This document shows, piece after piece, positions 19,175 through 29,014 of a DNA stretch of 64,000 bases (position 1 is its first letter; each line of letters starts with the position of its first letter). Where the stretch lies: positions 20,832 to 84,831 of the IMG/VR virus record IMGVR_UViG_3300014501_000012; one strand, 5' to 3'. The notes below the pieces were generated by a model, which was given only the letters and a program-made list of their open reading frames with translations, ran no database searches and was not told the DNA's origin. Source of the DNA: a virus. Made by a program: the position numbers and the translations under genes.

Positions 19175-20292
19175 ACAGCGCCGGCTACCCGACCTATCTG
19201 GTCAACGGCGCGGTCTCGGTCAACAGCGGGGTCGCCGACGAGAACGGGTCGTTCTGGTACCTCGACGGGGAGATCGCCGGGTGGGACTCGCCGGACATGC
19301 GCCAGACGATGCTCACGCGGATCGGCAACACGCCCTCGGCCGACGGGGAGATCGCGGCGGACAACCACTACCGCGGCCGATCGCTGGTCTTCACCCTCAT
19401 CGCCGAGTGCGCGTCCGAGGCCGCCCGGGAAGCGTCTCGCCTCCTCCTGGCCGGCGCGCTGGACCTGATCAGCACCACCGGGACGTTCCTGGCCGAGGAG
19501 GTGATCCCCAAACAGGTCTCGATCATCCGCTCGGGGAACTCGAACCAGGGCAAGCTTGTGATGACCGACTGTGGCTTCGCCATGAAGAACGCCACCGAGG
19601 CCCTGTCGCGCACCGTCACCGATGCCGTGACCACGGGCAGTTCGGAGAACCTGGTCAGCGCGTCGGCGAACTTCGGGACGGGTGACATCGGGCAACCGGT
19701 GACGGGGACGAACATCCCGCCCGGCACCGTGGTCGTCTCGATCACGTCCACGATCGAGGTCGTGATGTCGAACGAGGCCACCGCGTCAGGGAGCGACCAG
19801 ACGGTGACGATCGGCGGGTACCCGGGCTTCCCCGTCGGGACCGTCGTGTGGCTGCTCAAGGCCGAGATCGAGATCTACGCGCAGGACCCCCGGAAATACT
19901 CGCCCGTCCCCAACGAGGCACCGTTCGAGTCGAACGTGGCGATGGTGACGAACGAGGGGAACACCGCCACCCAGAACGCGGTGATCACGATCGAGGTGAC
20001 CGGAGGCGGGGACGGTCCGTTCCACATCGAGATCGTCAGCGTCGCCGACATGGAGTTGCTCGTCCCCCCGCTCCCGGCCGGCGCGCCCGCCCTCGATCCG
20101 ATCCCGACCGAACTCGTGGTCGACCTCTACAACAAGACCATCACCGACGGGGAGGAACGCAGCTACTACTACCTGCGGAACCTCCAGACCCCGTGGCTCA
20201 CGATTCCCCCGGGGGTCTGGGCGGTCTCGATCAGCGGGGCGGGCGGCAGCAACATCCCCGGGAGCGTCGTCAGTTACTCGGCGTGGATCTGA
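19171..20292 (+). CDS. Distal tail protein (Dit)
   Basis: Follows tape measure; GWDSP, A.DPRKY, N.GN and W..IPPG motifs. Confidence 0.8.
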   Translation: MNSAGYPTYLVNGAVSVNSGVADENGSFWYLDGEIAGWDSPDMRQTMLTRIGNTPSADGEIAADNHYRGRSLVFTLIAECASEAAREASRLLLAGALDLISTTGTFLAEEVIPKQVSIIRSGNSNQGKLVMTDCGFAMKNATEALSRTVTDAVTTGSSENLVSASANFGTGDIGQPVTGTNIPPGTVVVSITSTIEVVMSNEATASGSDQTVTIGGYPGFPVGTVVWLLKAEIEIYAQDPRKYSPVPNEAPFESNVAMVTNEGNTATQNAVITIEVTGGGDGPFHIEIVSVADMELLVPPLPAGAPALDPIPTELVVDLYNKTITDGEERSYYYLRNLQTPWLTIPPGVWAVSISGAGGSNIPGSVVSYSAWI

Positions 20293-20295
20293 TCC

Positions 20296-21744
20296 GTGGC
20301 CCGCGTCCGCGTCAACAACCAGTTCGGGTTTCTCGGGGCTGACCCCGGTATCAGCGGAACCACGCTGACCTTCGGCGCGGCCCCCGTTCCCCCGTTGCCC
20401 ACCCTCACTGGCGAGGACTACATACCGTTCACCCTTGACGCTCTGTCTGACCGGTTCGAGATCGTTCACCTGGTCGCGCCCTACACGTCGGGAGATCTGA
20501 CCGGGCCGATGGTGCGGGAGGCCGAGGATGCCGTCAACTTCCCCGCGGTCGCCCACAACCTGCCGGCGACGTGGAAGGCGTGCCCCACGGCCCTCGACTA
20601 CAGCGCCACGATCTTCAACGTCCTCTACTACGGGGCCGATCCGACTGGGGTGAACGACAGCACTGCGGCGTTCCAGGCGGCGATCAACGACGCCACGGCC
20701 AACGCTGGGTCAGACGCGCTCGGTCCGGTCTACGTGCCAGCCGGCAAGTACAAGATCAGCGGCACGCTCACGGTGGAGAACGTGATCGGGTTCCGCATCT
20801 ACGGGGACGGTAAGTGGCTGACGTTCATTCAACCCACCACGGCGCTCGCGGGTCTGGCCGTGTTCAGGCTCCAGGACTGTGACTCCCCGGCGTTCGAGGA
20901 GATGAACGTCGCCGGGAACTCGAGCGGCGCACCGCTTTACCTGCTCCAGTTCAACGTTGGCAACCCGATCCTGCTGGTCAACACCCGGGCCTTCGTCAAG
21001 AGCGTGTTCTTCGGATCCTCGAGCGCCGGGAGTGCGACGAACGGGATCGCGTGGACGACATCGGGACCGGACGACAACAACGATCAGTCGGTGGTTCTCG
21101 ACTGCGACTTCTACAACATGACGAACGCCTACTACATCGGGCACTCGAACTCCGAGCAACACACGTTCATCGGCGGCACCACGAATGTGACGGGGGCGAC
21201 CGTCCTCTGCGCCGGGGGTGGGTACAAGATGATCAGCACGGTCATCATTAACACCTCGGGGACGATGTTCGAGTTCGGGGCCGGGACCTACCGGCGCGGG
21301 ACGGAGATCATCGGGGTCAGCTCAGAACAGTCCGGCGCCTGGGTGAACGCCGTCACGGGGGCGATCGGACTCAACCTGCGGATGGTCGGGTGCGTGTGTG
21401 ACGGAGCACCGGCCAGCTCGACGCCAATCAACTTCGAGGCGGACATCACGTCCCACTTCCGGGCGACCAACTGCGATTTCGTCAGCGGGCAGACGGGAAC
21501 GATCCTCAACTTTCCCACAGCGGCTCTGTCGTCGTTCACTGACTGCACCCTGGACTGCTACTCGATCACCTTCGACTCGGCGCTGAACCTAATCGGCAAC
21601 CTGTTCCTCGCCGGAAACGTGACGATGACCAACGGCGGTTCGGGGGTCTATCTGGGATTCGCCAACACCGGGGGCAACGTGCCGGACAGCGACCTGAGCG
21701 CAGATGATCTCATCGCTCCCTTCCTCAACCAAAACTACTTCTAA
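20296..21744 (+). CDS. Tail spike with pectate-lyase-3-like beta-helix (putative depolymerase)
   Basis: FNVLYYGADPTGVNDSTAAFQAAI..VYVPAGKY motif. Confidence 0.8.
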   Translation: MARVRVNNQFGFLGADPGISGTTLTFGAAPVPPLPTLTGEDYIPFTLDALSDRFEIVHLVAPYTSGDLTGPMVREAEDAVNFPAVAHNLPATWKACPTALDYSATIFNVLYYGADPTGVNDSTAAFQAAINDATANAGSDALGPVYVPAGKYKISGTLTVENVIGFRIYGDGKWLTFIQPTTALAGLAVFRLQDCDSPAFEEMNVAGNSSGAPLYLLQFNVGNPILLVNTRAFVKSVFFGSSSAGSATNGIAWTTSGPDDNNDQSVVLDCDFYNMTNAYYIGHSNSEQHTFIGGTTNVTGATVLCAGGGYKMISTVIINTSGTMFEFGAGTYRRGTEIIGVSSEQSGAWVNAVTGAIGLNLRMVGCVCDGAPASSTPINFEADITSHFRATNCDFVSGQTGTILNFPTAALSSFTDCTLDCYSITFDSALNLIGNLFLAGNVTMTNGGSGVYLGFANTGGNVPDSDLSADDLIAPFLNQNYF

Positions 21745-21753
21745 GGAGCCACA

Positions 21754-22170
21754 ATGGGAACGTCCATCAACCCATCCCCGGCGTTCGCGTCGGCCCAGGT
21801 CCGTTCGGCTGCCGTGACCCTGAGTCTCACCGCTGACACGCTGGGAAGCACCCCAACGCACGGCCAGGTGCTGTTAGCCGCGGGTAATAGCGGGACGAAG
21901 ATCAGGCAACTGGTGTTCATGGCTACGGGTGAGACCGTGGCTGGACTAGTCGGTGTCTATCTCGACCGAGGTGGGATTTTTACGCTTGAGGACACCGTGC
22001 TCGTGCCGGGCGGCATCACCCCTTCAACGACGGTCGCTCCGTGGCGCCTCGCCCGCCCGTACCCGGCCCTGCTCATGCCCCCCTATGCCCTCATCACCTC
22101 CTCCCTCATCGTCACGTCCTTCGTCGCCAACCAGCCCATGCAGGTGCACGCGTTCGGAGGAGACTTCTAA
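21754..22170 (+). CDS. Minor tail protein
   Basis: AAGGAG SD; ends GGDF. Confidence 0.6.
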   Translation: MGTSINPSPAFASAQVRSAAVTLSLTADTLGSTPTHGQVLLAAGNSGTKIRQLVFMATGETVAGLVGVYLDRGGIFTLEDTVLVPGGITPSTTVAPWRLARPYPALLMPPYALITSSLIVTSFVANQPMQVHAFGGDF

Positions 22171-22694
22171 TGAGCGACGGGATGGCTGGGAACGTGGGTG
22201 ACGGGTTCTCCATCGAGCCACCGTTCCCCAACACCGAGCCCGTGTACCAGGGCGTTCTAACGCTCGACCCAACGTCCGAGACCTTCCTCCGCTGGTCGCC
22301 GTTCCTCGCGCTGCCCCCACAGTTCCAAACGTTGACAGCCAACGGGGCGGTCACGATCGACGCGGCGATGGGGGACGTCATCGTCAACCTCGAGGCGAAC
22401 GCCACGAGCACTACCATCGTCAACTCGCTCTACAACGAGGACCAGTATCCAGGGTACTCACCGCGGCCGGGTCAACTCCTGAGGGTCACCTTCGTGCAAG
22501 ATGCCACGGGTGGCCGCACCTACGCGTGGCCCTCCAACTGCGCCTTCGGCGCGGGCGTGACCACGACGTCGCCGATCGTGACCGTCGCGGCGGGAGCACC
22601 CACCGACACGGTGGCCCTCTCTCAGACCTCGGTCCTGTTTCGTTGGGACGGGACCACGTGGCAGGAGATGTCCAGAGCGGTGAGCGTCGGGTAG
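22170..22694 (+). CDS. Minor tail protein
   Basis: QDATGGRT.AWP and FRWDGTTW motifs. Confidence 0.65.
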   Translation: MSDGMAGNVGDGFSIEPPFPNTEPVYQGVLTLDPTSETFLRWSPFLALPPQFQTLTANGAVTIDAAMGDVIVNLEANATSTTIVNSLYNEDQYPGYSPRPGQLLRVTFVQDATGGRTYAWPSNCAFGAGVTTTSPIVTVAAGAPTDTVALSQTSVLFRWDGTTWQEMSRAVSVG

Positions 22695-24868
22695 TGCCCT
22701 TCGGTACCGATCCCCACGGGGACGCTCCCTATGGCGACTCGTCCTCGGAGGGGGCGGTCTTCCCGAGCATCGTCACCGACGACGCGCTGACGACCGACTC
22801 GTGCGGGGGTGGAGTGGTGCTGGCGCGCCCGACCACCGACACGGCCCTGACTACCGACACTCTGTTCGATCACGCCGTCTCGGTGAGCGACACGGCCCTG
22901 ACCACGGACGCGGTCGGGGTGGGGAAACACTTCGCACGGCTCTCCCCGGACGTCTCGTACACGACCGACGGGCTCCTCGGTCCGATCGTCTTCGTCTCGG
23001 TCCGCTGCCTGACCCGCGTCGTGGTCTCGGTCGCTTGCTACCGTCCACTCCCGCCGCCCCAGCCCGTCCCCGGGCCGAGCGGTCTGCACGACTATGAGGT
23101 GATCACCTGCGACCAGTTCGGGGTCGCCTACGGAGAGATCGTCACGGCCGTCCCGACTCAGATCGACTGGGACCTTGACGACCTCGGATCGGTCCTGATC
23201 GACATCGACATCCTCGACCCGAGCCTCTTGAACCTCCTCCCGCAGTCGGCGATCCCGGCCGTGCGTGAGATCCAGATCTGGCGCGACCAGTCGTTGATCT
23301 TCTGGGGCCTCCCGATCTCGGCCACCTACGACGCGTCACAGGTCCACCTCACGTGCTCGGGCCATCTCTGGTTCCTCTCCACGAGGAACTTCGGCCCGGT
23401 GATCACCGAGTACCTGACCAACCCCCAGTTCGAGCAGGGCTTCCTCGATTGGGTCCCGGTCGGGGTCACGAGTTCGATCGAGGACGCCCGGGCCGGCGGG
23501 ATCGTGGCCCTCGGTCGGTACGCTGCGCGGCTCACCCAGTCCAGCGCCAACGAGGACACGTACATCCACCAGATCCTCACCGGGATCTCCGCGCCGCCAG
23601 AGGAGTCGACCTTCTTCGACCTCGCCGCCTGGCTCTACATTGACCCCGCCTACGCGTCCCCCGGACCGGCGCTCGACCAGCGCGGGCTCTTCATCCAGTC
23701 GGTCATCGGATCGACCGTCCAGGACTTCGAGTTCGAGACGATCACGGCCTCGACCGTCATCGGTCAGTGGGTGCGTTTGGAGACGGGGATCCTCGTCGAG
23801 GCCGGGACGACGGTGGACCTCGACATCCGGCTCTACGCGCCGGGGGGTTCGGTCATCTGGGACGCCGTACAACTCACGGTCGAGGAGTCGGTCGGGTCGA
23901 CGCTCGCGGGCTCCGATGTCTATTTCATCATCCTCGAGATCCTCCAGTACGCCCAGGACCCGACACGCGGGAAGTCCAACGTGAACCTCCCCGTGATCGG
24001 AGCGAACACAGGGGTCGTCCTCCAGCGCAACTACCAGTTCTCGGACAACGGCGGGATCCTCGACGCGCTCAACGAGTTCCCCACGATCGGCGCGTGCGAC
24101 TTCGAGGTGACCTACGACGAGACCGGTCACTTCCGCGGGTTCCAGGTGTTCTCCCCGGCGAAGGGCTCGGTCAAGTACAACGCGGCGATCGAGATGGACC
24201 TGGGCCAGGTCACCGACCTCCAGGGCGCGGTCGACGGCTCGCAGGTGGGGACGGCCGTCCGATACCTCGGCCAGGGCTCGACCGGTTCGTCGGCCGAGAT
24301 CGGGTTCGCCAACTTCCCCTGCTATCTGGGTGGGCGTGTCTCGGGCGTCGCCGTCCTCGTCCAGGGATCGACCACGGCCCAGGCGGGCGACATCGACTTC
24401 ACCGCCCTCGACGTAGGACAGGGGATCTACTGCCAGACCCCGGGGGTGATCCCCGTCGGGACGGTCATCGTCGAGGTCCTGAGCGCGACCGAGGCCGTGA
24501 TGTCGAACCCATCGGCGATCACGGCCAACCCCTCGGTGATCGGTATCGGCGGGATCATCATCGACTCCGTGCAATCGGCGATGCCCGACCAGATGATCGA
24601 CACCCTCCAGGCCTCGGCCGAGCAGATGTTGGCCCTGACCCAACGCCCGCAGAACCTCCCGACGCCGAAGATGCGCGCCGACGGGCCGGCGGGACTCTTC
24701 GGGAAAGTCGAGACCGGTGACGTCCTCCCGGTGATGTTCAACTACGGCTGGTGTACCTTCGGCCCGGTCTACATGCGCCTCGTGACCCTGACCCTCTACC
24801 CACCGACCGAAGAGTTGGAGTTCACCTTGAACCTTCCGGGGACGCTCTCGACCGTGGGGGGTGGCTGA
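22694..24868 (+). CDS. Baseplate hub/minor tail protein with carbohydrate-binding-like insert
   Basis: IQIWRD..LIFWG hub motif; LTNPQFEQG...W.D.VQL CBM-like segment. Confidence 0.7.
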   Translation: MPFGTDPHGDAPYGDSSSEGAVFPSIVTDDALTTDSCGGGVVLARPTTDTALTTDTLFDHAVSVSDTALTTDAVGVGKHFARLSPDVSYTTDGLLGPIVFVSVRCLTRVVVSVACYRPLPPPQPVPGPSGLHDYEVITCDQFGVAYGEIVTAVPTQIDWDLDDLGSVLIDIDILDPSLLNLLPQSAIPAVREIQIWRDQSLIFWGLPISATYDASQVHLTCSGHLWFLSTRNFGPVITEYLTNPQFEQGFLDWVPVGVTSSIEDARAGGIVALGRYAARLTQSSANEDTYIHQILTGISAPPEESTFFDLAAWLYIDPAYASPGPALDQRGLFIQSVIGSTVQDFEFETITASTVIGQWVRLETGILVEAGTTVDLDIRLYAPGGSVIWDAVQLTVEESVGSTLAGSDVYFIILEILQYAQDPTRGKSNVNLPVIGANTGVVLQRNYQFSDNGGILDALNEFPTIGACDFEVTYDETGHFRGFQVFSPAKGSVKYNAAIEMDLGQVTDLQGAVDGSQVGTAVRYLGQGSTGSSAEIGFANFPCYLGGRVSGVAVLVQGSTTAQAGDIDFTALDVGQGIYCQTPGVIPVGTVIVEVLSATEAVMSNPSAITANPSVIGIGGIIIDSVQSAMPDQMIDTLQASAEQMLALTQRPQNLPTPKMRADGPAGLFGKVETGDVLPVMFNYGWCTFGPVYMRLVTLTLYPPTEELEFTLNLPGTLSTVGGG

Positions 24869-25446
24869 TGGCGAACGACACCGGCCCGCTCGGTGGGTCA
24901 GGACCCGTCACCCGGCCGAACCTCGGCCTCGCCGCCATCCGGGCGCGGTTCGAGAACATCGAGCGCCGGCTGTCCCTCCGAGAGAGGAACCGAACACCCG
25001 AACCCCTCCCGCTGCACCTGGCCGCGTCGAACGCTGGCCCGGTGAGCCAGGCCCAGCACGGCCACGGCGTGGTCTACTCCGAGCCCCAGGGGATGTTCGT
25101 CCCGAGCCCGGTGCTGGCCGAACTCCCGTTCCACATGCCCGGGCCTCTTAGTCTCGCCACCTCCCCGCCGCTGCACGCCCGCTACGCCTGCTCGATCACG
25201 GGCATCGCCGCGGACCTCGGGGTGTTCTCGACCGACGTCGAGTTCGAGGTGCTGGTGAACGGGACGATGGTCTACACGATCAACCAGACGTCCCAGAGCA
25301 CGGGACTGATCCCGGTCGCGCCCACCGCGCTCGTCGCCTACACCGACCTCATCACCGTCCAGACGACGTCGATCGGCACGGGGAACTCGGATCTTGTGGT
25401 CCACGTCGAGCTCGGGGTCGTGGTCGGGACGACGCCCGGCCCGTGA
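24868..25446 (+). CDS. Minor tail protein
   Basis: IERRLS.RER coiled segment typical after hub; TGATG overlap. Confidence 0.6.
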   Translation: MANDTGPLGGSGPVTRPNLGLAAIRARFENIERRLSLRERNRTPEPLPLHLAASNAGPVSQAQHGHGVVYSEPQGMFVPSPVLAELPFHMPGPLSLATSPPLHARYACSITGIAADLGVFSTDVEFEVLVNGTMVYTINQTSQSTGLIPVAPTALVAYTDLITVQTTSIGTGNSDLVVHVELGVVVGTTPGP

Positions 25447-25449
25447 CAC

Positions 25450-26517
25450 GTGGGTAACTTCACCGTCTACACGACGTCCGACCTCAACACCTGGACGCAG
25501 CAGACCACCCCGGCCGACAGCGCGTCCTTCCCGCAGGCGCTGTGCATCTCCGAGGGCGCCGGTCTTTTCGTCGTCGGCGGCCGTGGGTTCGGGGCCGTCA
25601 CGGGCCCCCCGATCATGTATTCGTCAGACGGGGTCACGTGGAACTTCCCTAGCGGAAGCGGGTTCACCTCGACCGACCTGGTGGAGGCCATCGCCTGGAA
25701 CGGGAGCTTGTTCGTCGCGGTGGGGAACTTCGGCCCGAGTGGGTACACGGCGGCCACCTCCCCGGATGGGATCACCTGGACGATCCAGCCGGTGGGAACG
25801 TCGGGCAGCACCTGGTCCTGGCTTGCCTGGTGCGCGGGCCCGGACATCTTCATGGCCTGGGCGACTGATCCGGGTAACGCGTTCACCTCCCCCGATGGCG
25901 TCACCTGGACGGCGGTGCCAGGAGCCCCTACGTACATGAACGGTGGATTCACCTGGGACGGGTCTGGTCTCGGGGTGTGGGGGAACTCTTACAGGGGAGG
26001 AGGTGCCGCCGGCACCACGGACACCACGACCTTCGCCGTCATCGGTGGGCTGGCTCTCAACCTATACACGGAGGCGGTCGGTTGGATCGGCGGCCAGTGG
26101 GTACTCACGGGGCCAAACTTCGACGGCCCCACTCTCCCTTCCGTGCAGATATCTCCTGACACGCTCACGTGGACAGCGGTAGCGACGCCCATGGACGGGA
26201 ACCAGTTCCCCCGGAACGCAGTAGTCGACGGGGATGGCCTCGCGGTGATCCTGGCCACGGGAGCCAACTTCGGCGACATCACCTGCATGAGCAGTTCGGA
26301 CGATGGCGCTAGCTGGTCGTCCCACTACTCCCCCTTCGACTATCCGGGGTCAGGCGGGAGCAACAGCTGCAGGGATGCCCTCTGGACGGGGACCGAGTGG
26401 ATCGTGGTCGGGTTCGTCCGATCCCCGGCCCCTCCGCCGGTCATCCCCTGGCACGTGGGCCAGGTCGGCTTCGGAGCGAACACCGGGACCGACTGGCTGG
26501 TGGGGGTCAACCCCTGA
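25450..26517 (+). CDS. Beta-propeller (BNR/Asp-box-like) receptor-binding protein
   Basis: Repeated S.DG.TW motifs (about 6). Confidence 0.7.
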   Translation: MGNFTVYTTSDLNTWTQQTTPADSASFPQALCISEGAGLFVVGGRGFGAVTGPPIMYSSDGVTWNFPSGSGFTSTDLVEAIAWNGSLFVAVGNFGPSGYTAATSPDGITWTIQPVGTSGSTWSWLAWCAGPDIFMAWATDPGNAFTSPDGVTWTAVPGAPTYMNGGFTWDGSGLGVWGNSYRGGGAAGTTDTTTFAVIGGLALNLYTEAVGWIGGQWVLTGPNFDGPTLPSVQISPDTLTWTAVATPMDGNQFPRNAVVDGDGLAVILATGANFGDITCMSSSDDGASWSSHYSPFDYPGSGGSNSCRDALWTGTEWIVVGFVRSPAPPPVIPWHVGQVGFGANTGTDWLVGVNP

Positions 26518-26534
26518 TCCTCAGTGCCAGGTCT

Positions 26535-26981
26535 ATGCTCAGCGCCGTGACCCCCAAGAACTCCGCGGAGGGCGACGGCGAACAAGGCCTCGTATCGGCT
26601 CCCCTCGACGAGCCTGACGCGGACGGGGGCACGGAGGAGGATGCCGCGGAGGGCGCGGACCCCGCGGCTCAGCCCACATCAGATCCCCCGGTCGATGACG
26701 GGCTTCAGGCCGAAGAGGCTCCCGATGCCGTCGAGGAGCCGGCGGAATCCGCGCCCGCGGTGTCCTCCGAGCCCGACGAGGGATCGATCCAGGTCCCGCT
26801 CAACGCTGACGGCGTGGGGTCGGTGCGCGTCCCGGTCAACTGCATGGAGATCCTCGACGTCCGCGGCGACGGGATGCGGACCTGCACCTGGAACTCCGTC
26901 CCCCGCCACCCCGAGCTGACCCGCGTCACGCTCGCGGGCGAACCCTTCGCTACGATCTCGATCACCGTCCTCACCCGATAA
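26535..26981 (+). CDS. Hypothetical acidic protein
   Basis: D/E-rich N-terminus. Confidence 0.55.
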   Translation: MLSAVTPKNSAEGDGEQGLVSAPLDEPDADGGTEEDAAEGADPAAQPTSDPPVDDGLQAEEAPDAVEEPAESAPAVSSEPDEGSIQVPLNADGVGSVRVPVNCMEILDVRGDGMRTCTWNSVPRHPELTRVTLAGEPFATISITVLTR

Positions 26982-26992
26982 GGAGAACCCGA

Positions 26993-27712
26993 ATGTCCGA
27001 CACGACAGGAACACCCCCAGCAGGTTCGCAGCCCCTCGCCGGCCCACCGGGCTCCGACCCGACCGAAGCCCTGACCGGAGCGGGCAAGCCCGCCGAGGGC
27101 GCGCCGGAAACGATGGCGGCCGGCCAGCCTCCAGCGGGCGACGGGGTCGAGTCCCTGACGGGATCCGGAGCCCCGGCCGAAGGCGACGGACTGGCGGACG
27201 AGCCGGCGGATCCGGCCGAGGTCGAGGCGCTTGAGGTCGACATCCAGACCGACGCCGAGGGGACCGGGTGGGAGATCATCGACGAGCCCCTCGCCGGCCT
27301 CGTGGCGACCCTCCCCGCCGGGGAGCAGGGGTCGGTGGCTCTCACCGCCCCCGAGGGCGACCCCGAAGGCAAGGAGTCGGCGTGCGTGACGGTGACCGGG
27401 GCCGCGCCGAACTCGGTCGTGATCGTCACCGTGACCGAGGGCGAGACGCCCCCGGCCCTCCCGCCCCAACCCGAGCCCGTCCCTGCAGGCGGAGTCCACA
27501 CGATCCAGGACAACGTCACCGACCCGGAGAACCCGCGCACGGTCCAGGCCGAGGGCATCACCGTCCAGGACAACGTCTCGTGGGCCGACGAGGAGAAGGA
27601 AGAGGACCGGGTCCTGACCGAGCGCACCGTCCAGGCCGACGGGACCACGAGCGACCACCGACCCCTTCCGCCCGTCGACGCCGACGAGGAGCCCGCCGCC
27701 GAGGACGAGTGA
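26993..27712 (+). CDS. Highly acidic, probably disordered protein
   Basis: AAGGAG SD; D/E/P/G-rich; QDNV and RTVQA duplicated. Confidence 0.65.
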   Translation: MSDTTGTPPAGSQPLAGPPGSDPTEALTGAGKPAEGAPETMAAGQPPAGDGVESLTGSGAPAEGDGLADEPADPAEVEALEVDIQTDAEGTGWEIIDEPLAGLVATLPAGEQGSVALTAPEGDPEGKESACVTVTGAAPNSVVIVTVTEGETPPALPPQPEPVPAGGVHTIQDNVTDPENPRTVQAEGITVQDNVSWADEEKEEDRVLTERTVQADGTTSDHRPLPPVDADEEPAAEDE

Positions 27713-28245
27713 GCACCACCATCGTCGTCCTGGGGCTCTGGACCCCACCGGGCGGCGCGGTCCCTCCCGACGGAGAGATCACCTTCCAGCTCGACCAGGA
27801 CCTGATCGACCTCGCGACGGGCGAGACGATCTTCGCCCAGACCATCCCGTCACCCCTCGTCCTCGGGGCCATCGCCCAACCCCTGGTGGCGAACGACGCC
27901 GGGGTGAGCCCGACGAACAGCCAGTACCGGGTCGACGAGAACCTCCTGGGCGCGCCGGAGCAGAGCTACTACGCCACCGTCCCGGCGGTTCCCCCGGGCT
28001 CGCGGTCGATCACCGACGGGGCGATGACGGTCGGGTCACAGATCCTCGAGTCGGCCACGGCCAACTTCACCAGCGCCGACGTGGGGGCCTTCCTCTTCGC
28101 CCCGTTCCTGCCGATCGCGGTGACAGTCCAGTCGGTGATCGACTCCGCCCACGCCTCGCTCACGAGCGCCCCGAGTGAGAATCTTTCGAGCCTGCCGGTC
28201 CTGATCGGGGCCTCGGTCCTGCTGTCGGCTATCCGGCCGACGTAG
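27709..28245 (+). CDS. Virion protein carrying the shared FTxxDVG module
   Basis: GTGA overlap; L.AND...P...Y.V.E motif plus the module. Confidence 0.65.
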   Translation: MSTTIVVLGLWTPPGGAVPPDGEITFQLDQDLIDLATGETIFAQTIPSPLVLGAIAQPLVANDAGVSPTNSQYRVDENLLGAPEQSYYATVPAVPPGSRSITDGAMTVGSQILESATANFTSADVGAFLFAPFLPIAVTVQSVIDSAHASLTSAPSENLSSLPVLIGASVLLSAIRPT

Positions 28246-28248
28246 GAC

Positions 28249-28491
28249 TCATTCCCAGGCCCATACCGCCCACAGGGCGCCGTCGGGATCGAACACCATC
28301 TCAGTCCAGAACCCGGTGTATCCACCACGGTGCGGTTGCTCCGTGTACGGGGGTTCTTCACCTTCGCGGATGTACAGGAGCGTGGACCCTTCCGGTGGGG
28401 CATCGACTGTCGACCGAGACACAGCTAGATGCGTGTGAAAAGGAATGGACGCTCGGGTGAGCATGGCCACCACCTGCTCCAGGTCGCTCAC
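28249..28491 (-). CDS. Hypothetical protein
   Basis: GTGA overlap; GYTGFWTEMVFD.DG.L motif. Confidence 0.6.
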   Translation of the reverse strand: MSDLEQVVAMLTRASIPFHTHLAVSRSTVDAPPEGSTLLYIREGEEPPYTEQPHRGGYTGFWTEMVFDPDGALWAVWAWE

Positions 28492-28721
28492 GGCTTCGCC
28501 GTCCGATCGAGCGACCGCCGCACGGTCAACCGGGTCACGCCCGCCCACTCGGCGACGTCCTCCTGGCGCACGCCCGGGATCGACATCGCCAGAGCGAACG
28601 CGTCGTCCATGGCCGCGCGTCGCATGAGGACGACGGCGCGCCCGTCGTTGAAACGCTTCCCCGCCGCGGCCACCTGAGCCTTCGCCGCGGCCAGGGTCTT
28701 TTCCTTCTCGGTCTTTGTCAT
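28488..28721 (-). CDS. Helix-turn-helix protein
   Basis: VRQEDVAEWAGVTRLTVRRSL. Confidence 0.75.
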   Translation of the reverse strand: MTKTEKEKTLAAAKAQVAAAGKRFNDGRAVVLMRRAAMDDAFALAMSIPGVRQEDVAEWAGVTRLTVRRSLDRTAKP

Positions 28722-29014
28722 CGGTCCTCCGTGTCGTTGGCATAGCGATGCTCGATCTCAATCTGACGCCCGATCGTGACGAGTGCGTGGACTAACGGAT
28801 CGGATAAGAGCAGATCATCAAGGCGCCCCTGGTCACCGCTGCGGATGATCTCTTCGATGTGGCGCACCCTCAGAGCGGCGTCAGACGGCTCGGCTCCGGT
28901 TAGTCCGCCCATGCAGCGCCTTCCTTGCCACTCATTGGCGTAGCGGGACGATCCGTGGGTCCATACGTCGCCCAGGTAACGAATCGGCAGCTCGCAATTC
29001 TTGCAAAGATTCAC
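28718..29014 (-). CDS. Hypothetical protein (CxxC)
   Basis: GTGA overlap, GGAGG SD. Confidence 0.55.
   Translation of the reverse strand: MNLCKNCELPIRYLGDVWTHGSSRYANEWQGRRCMGGLTGAEPSDAALRVRHIEEIIRSGDQGRLDDLLLSDPLVHALVTIGRQIEIEHRYANDTEDR

Noticed and set aside
6315-28209. Shared module as an intein or diversity-generating retroelement repeat
   Set aside because: No Cys/Ser...His-Asn splice motifs, no near-identical DNA repeats with adenine-specific changes, and no reverse transcriptase in the window.
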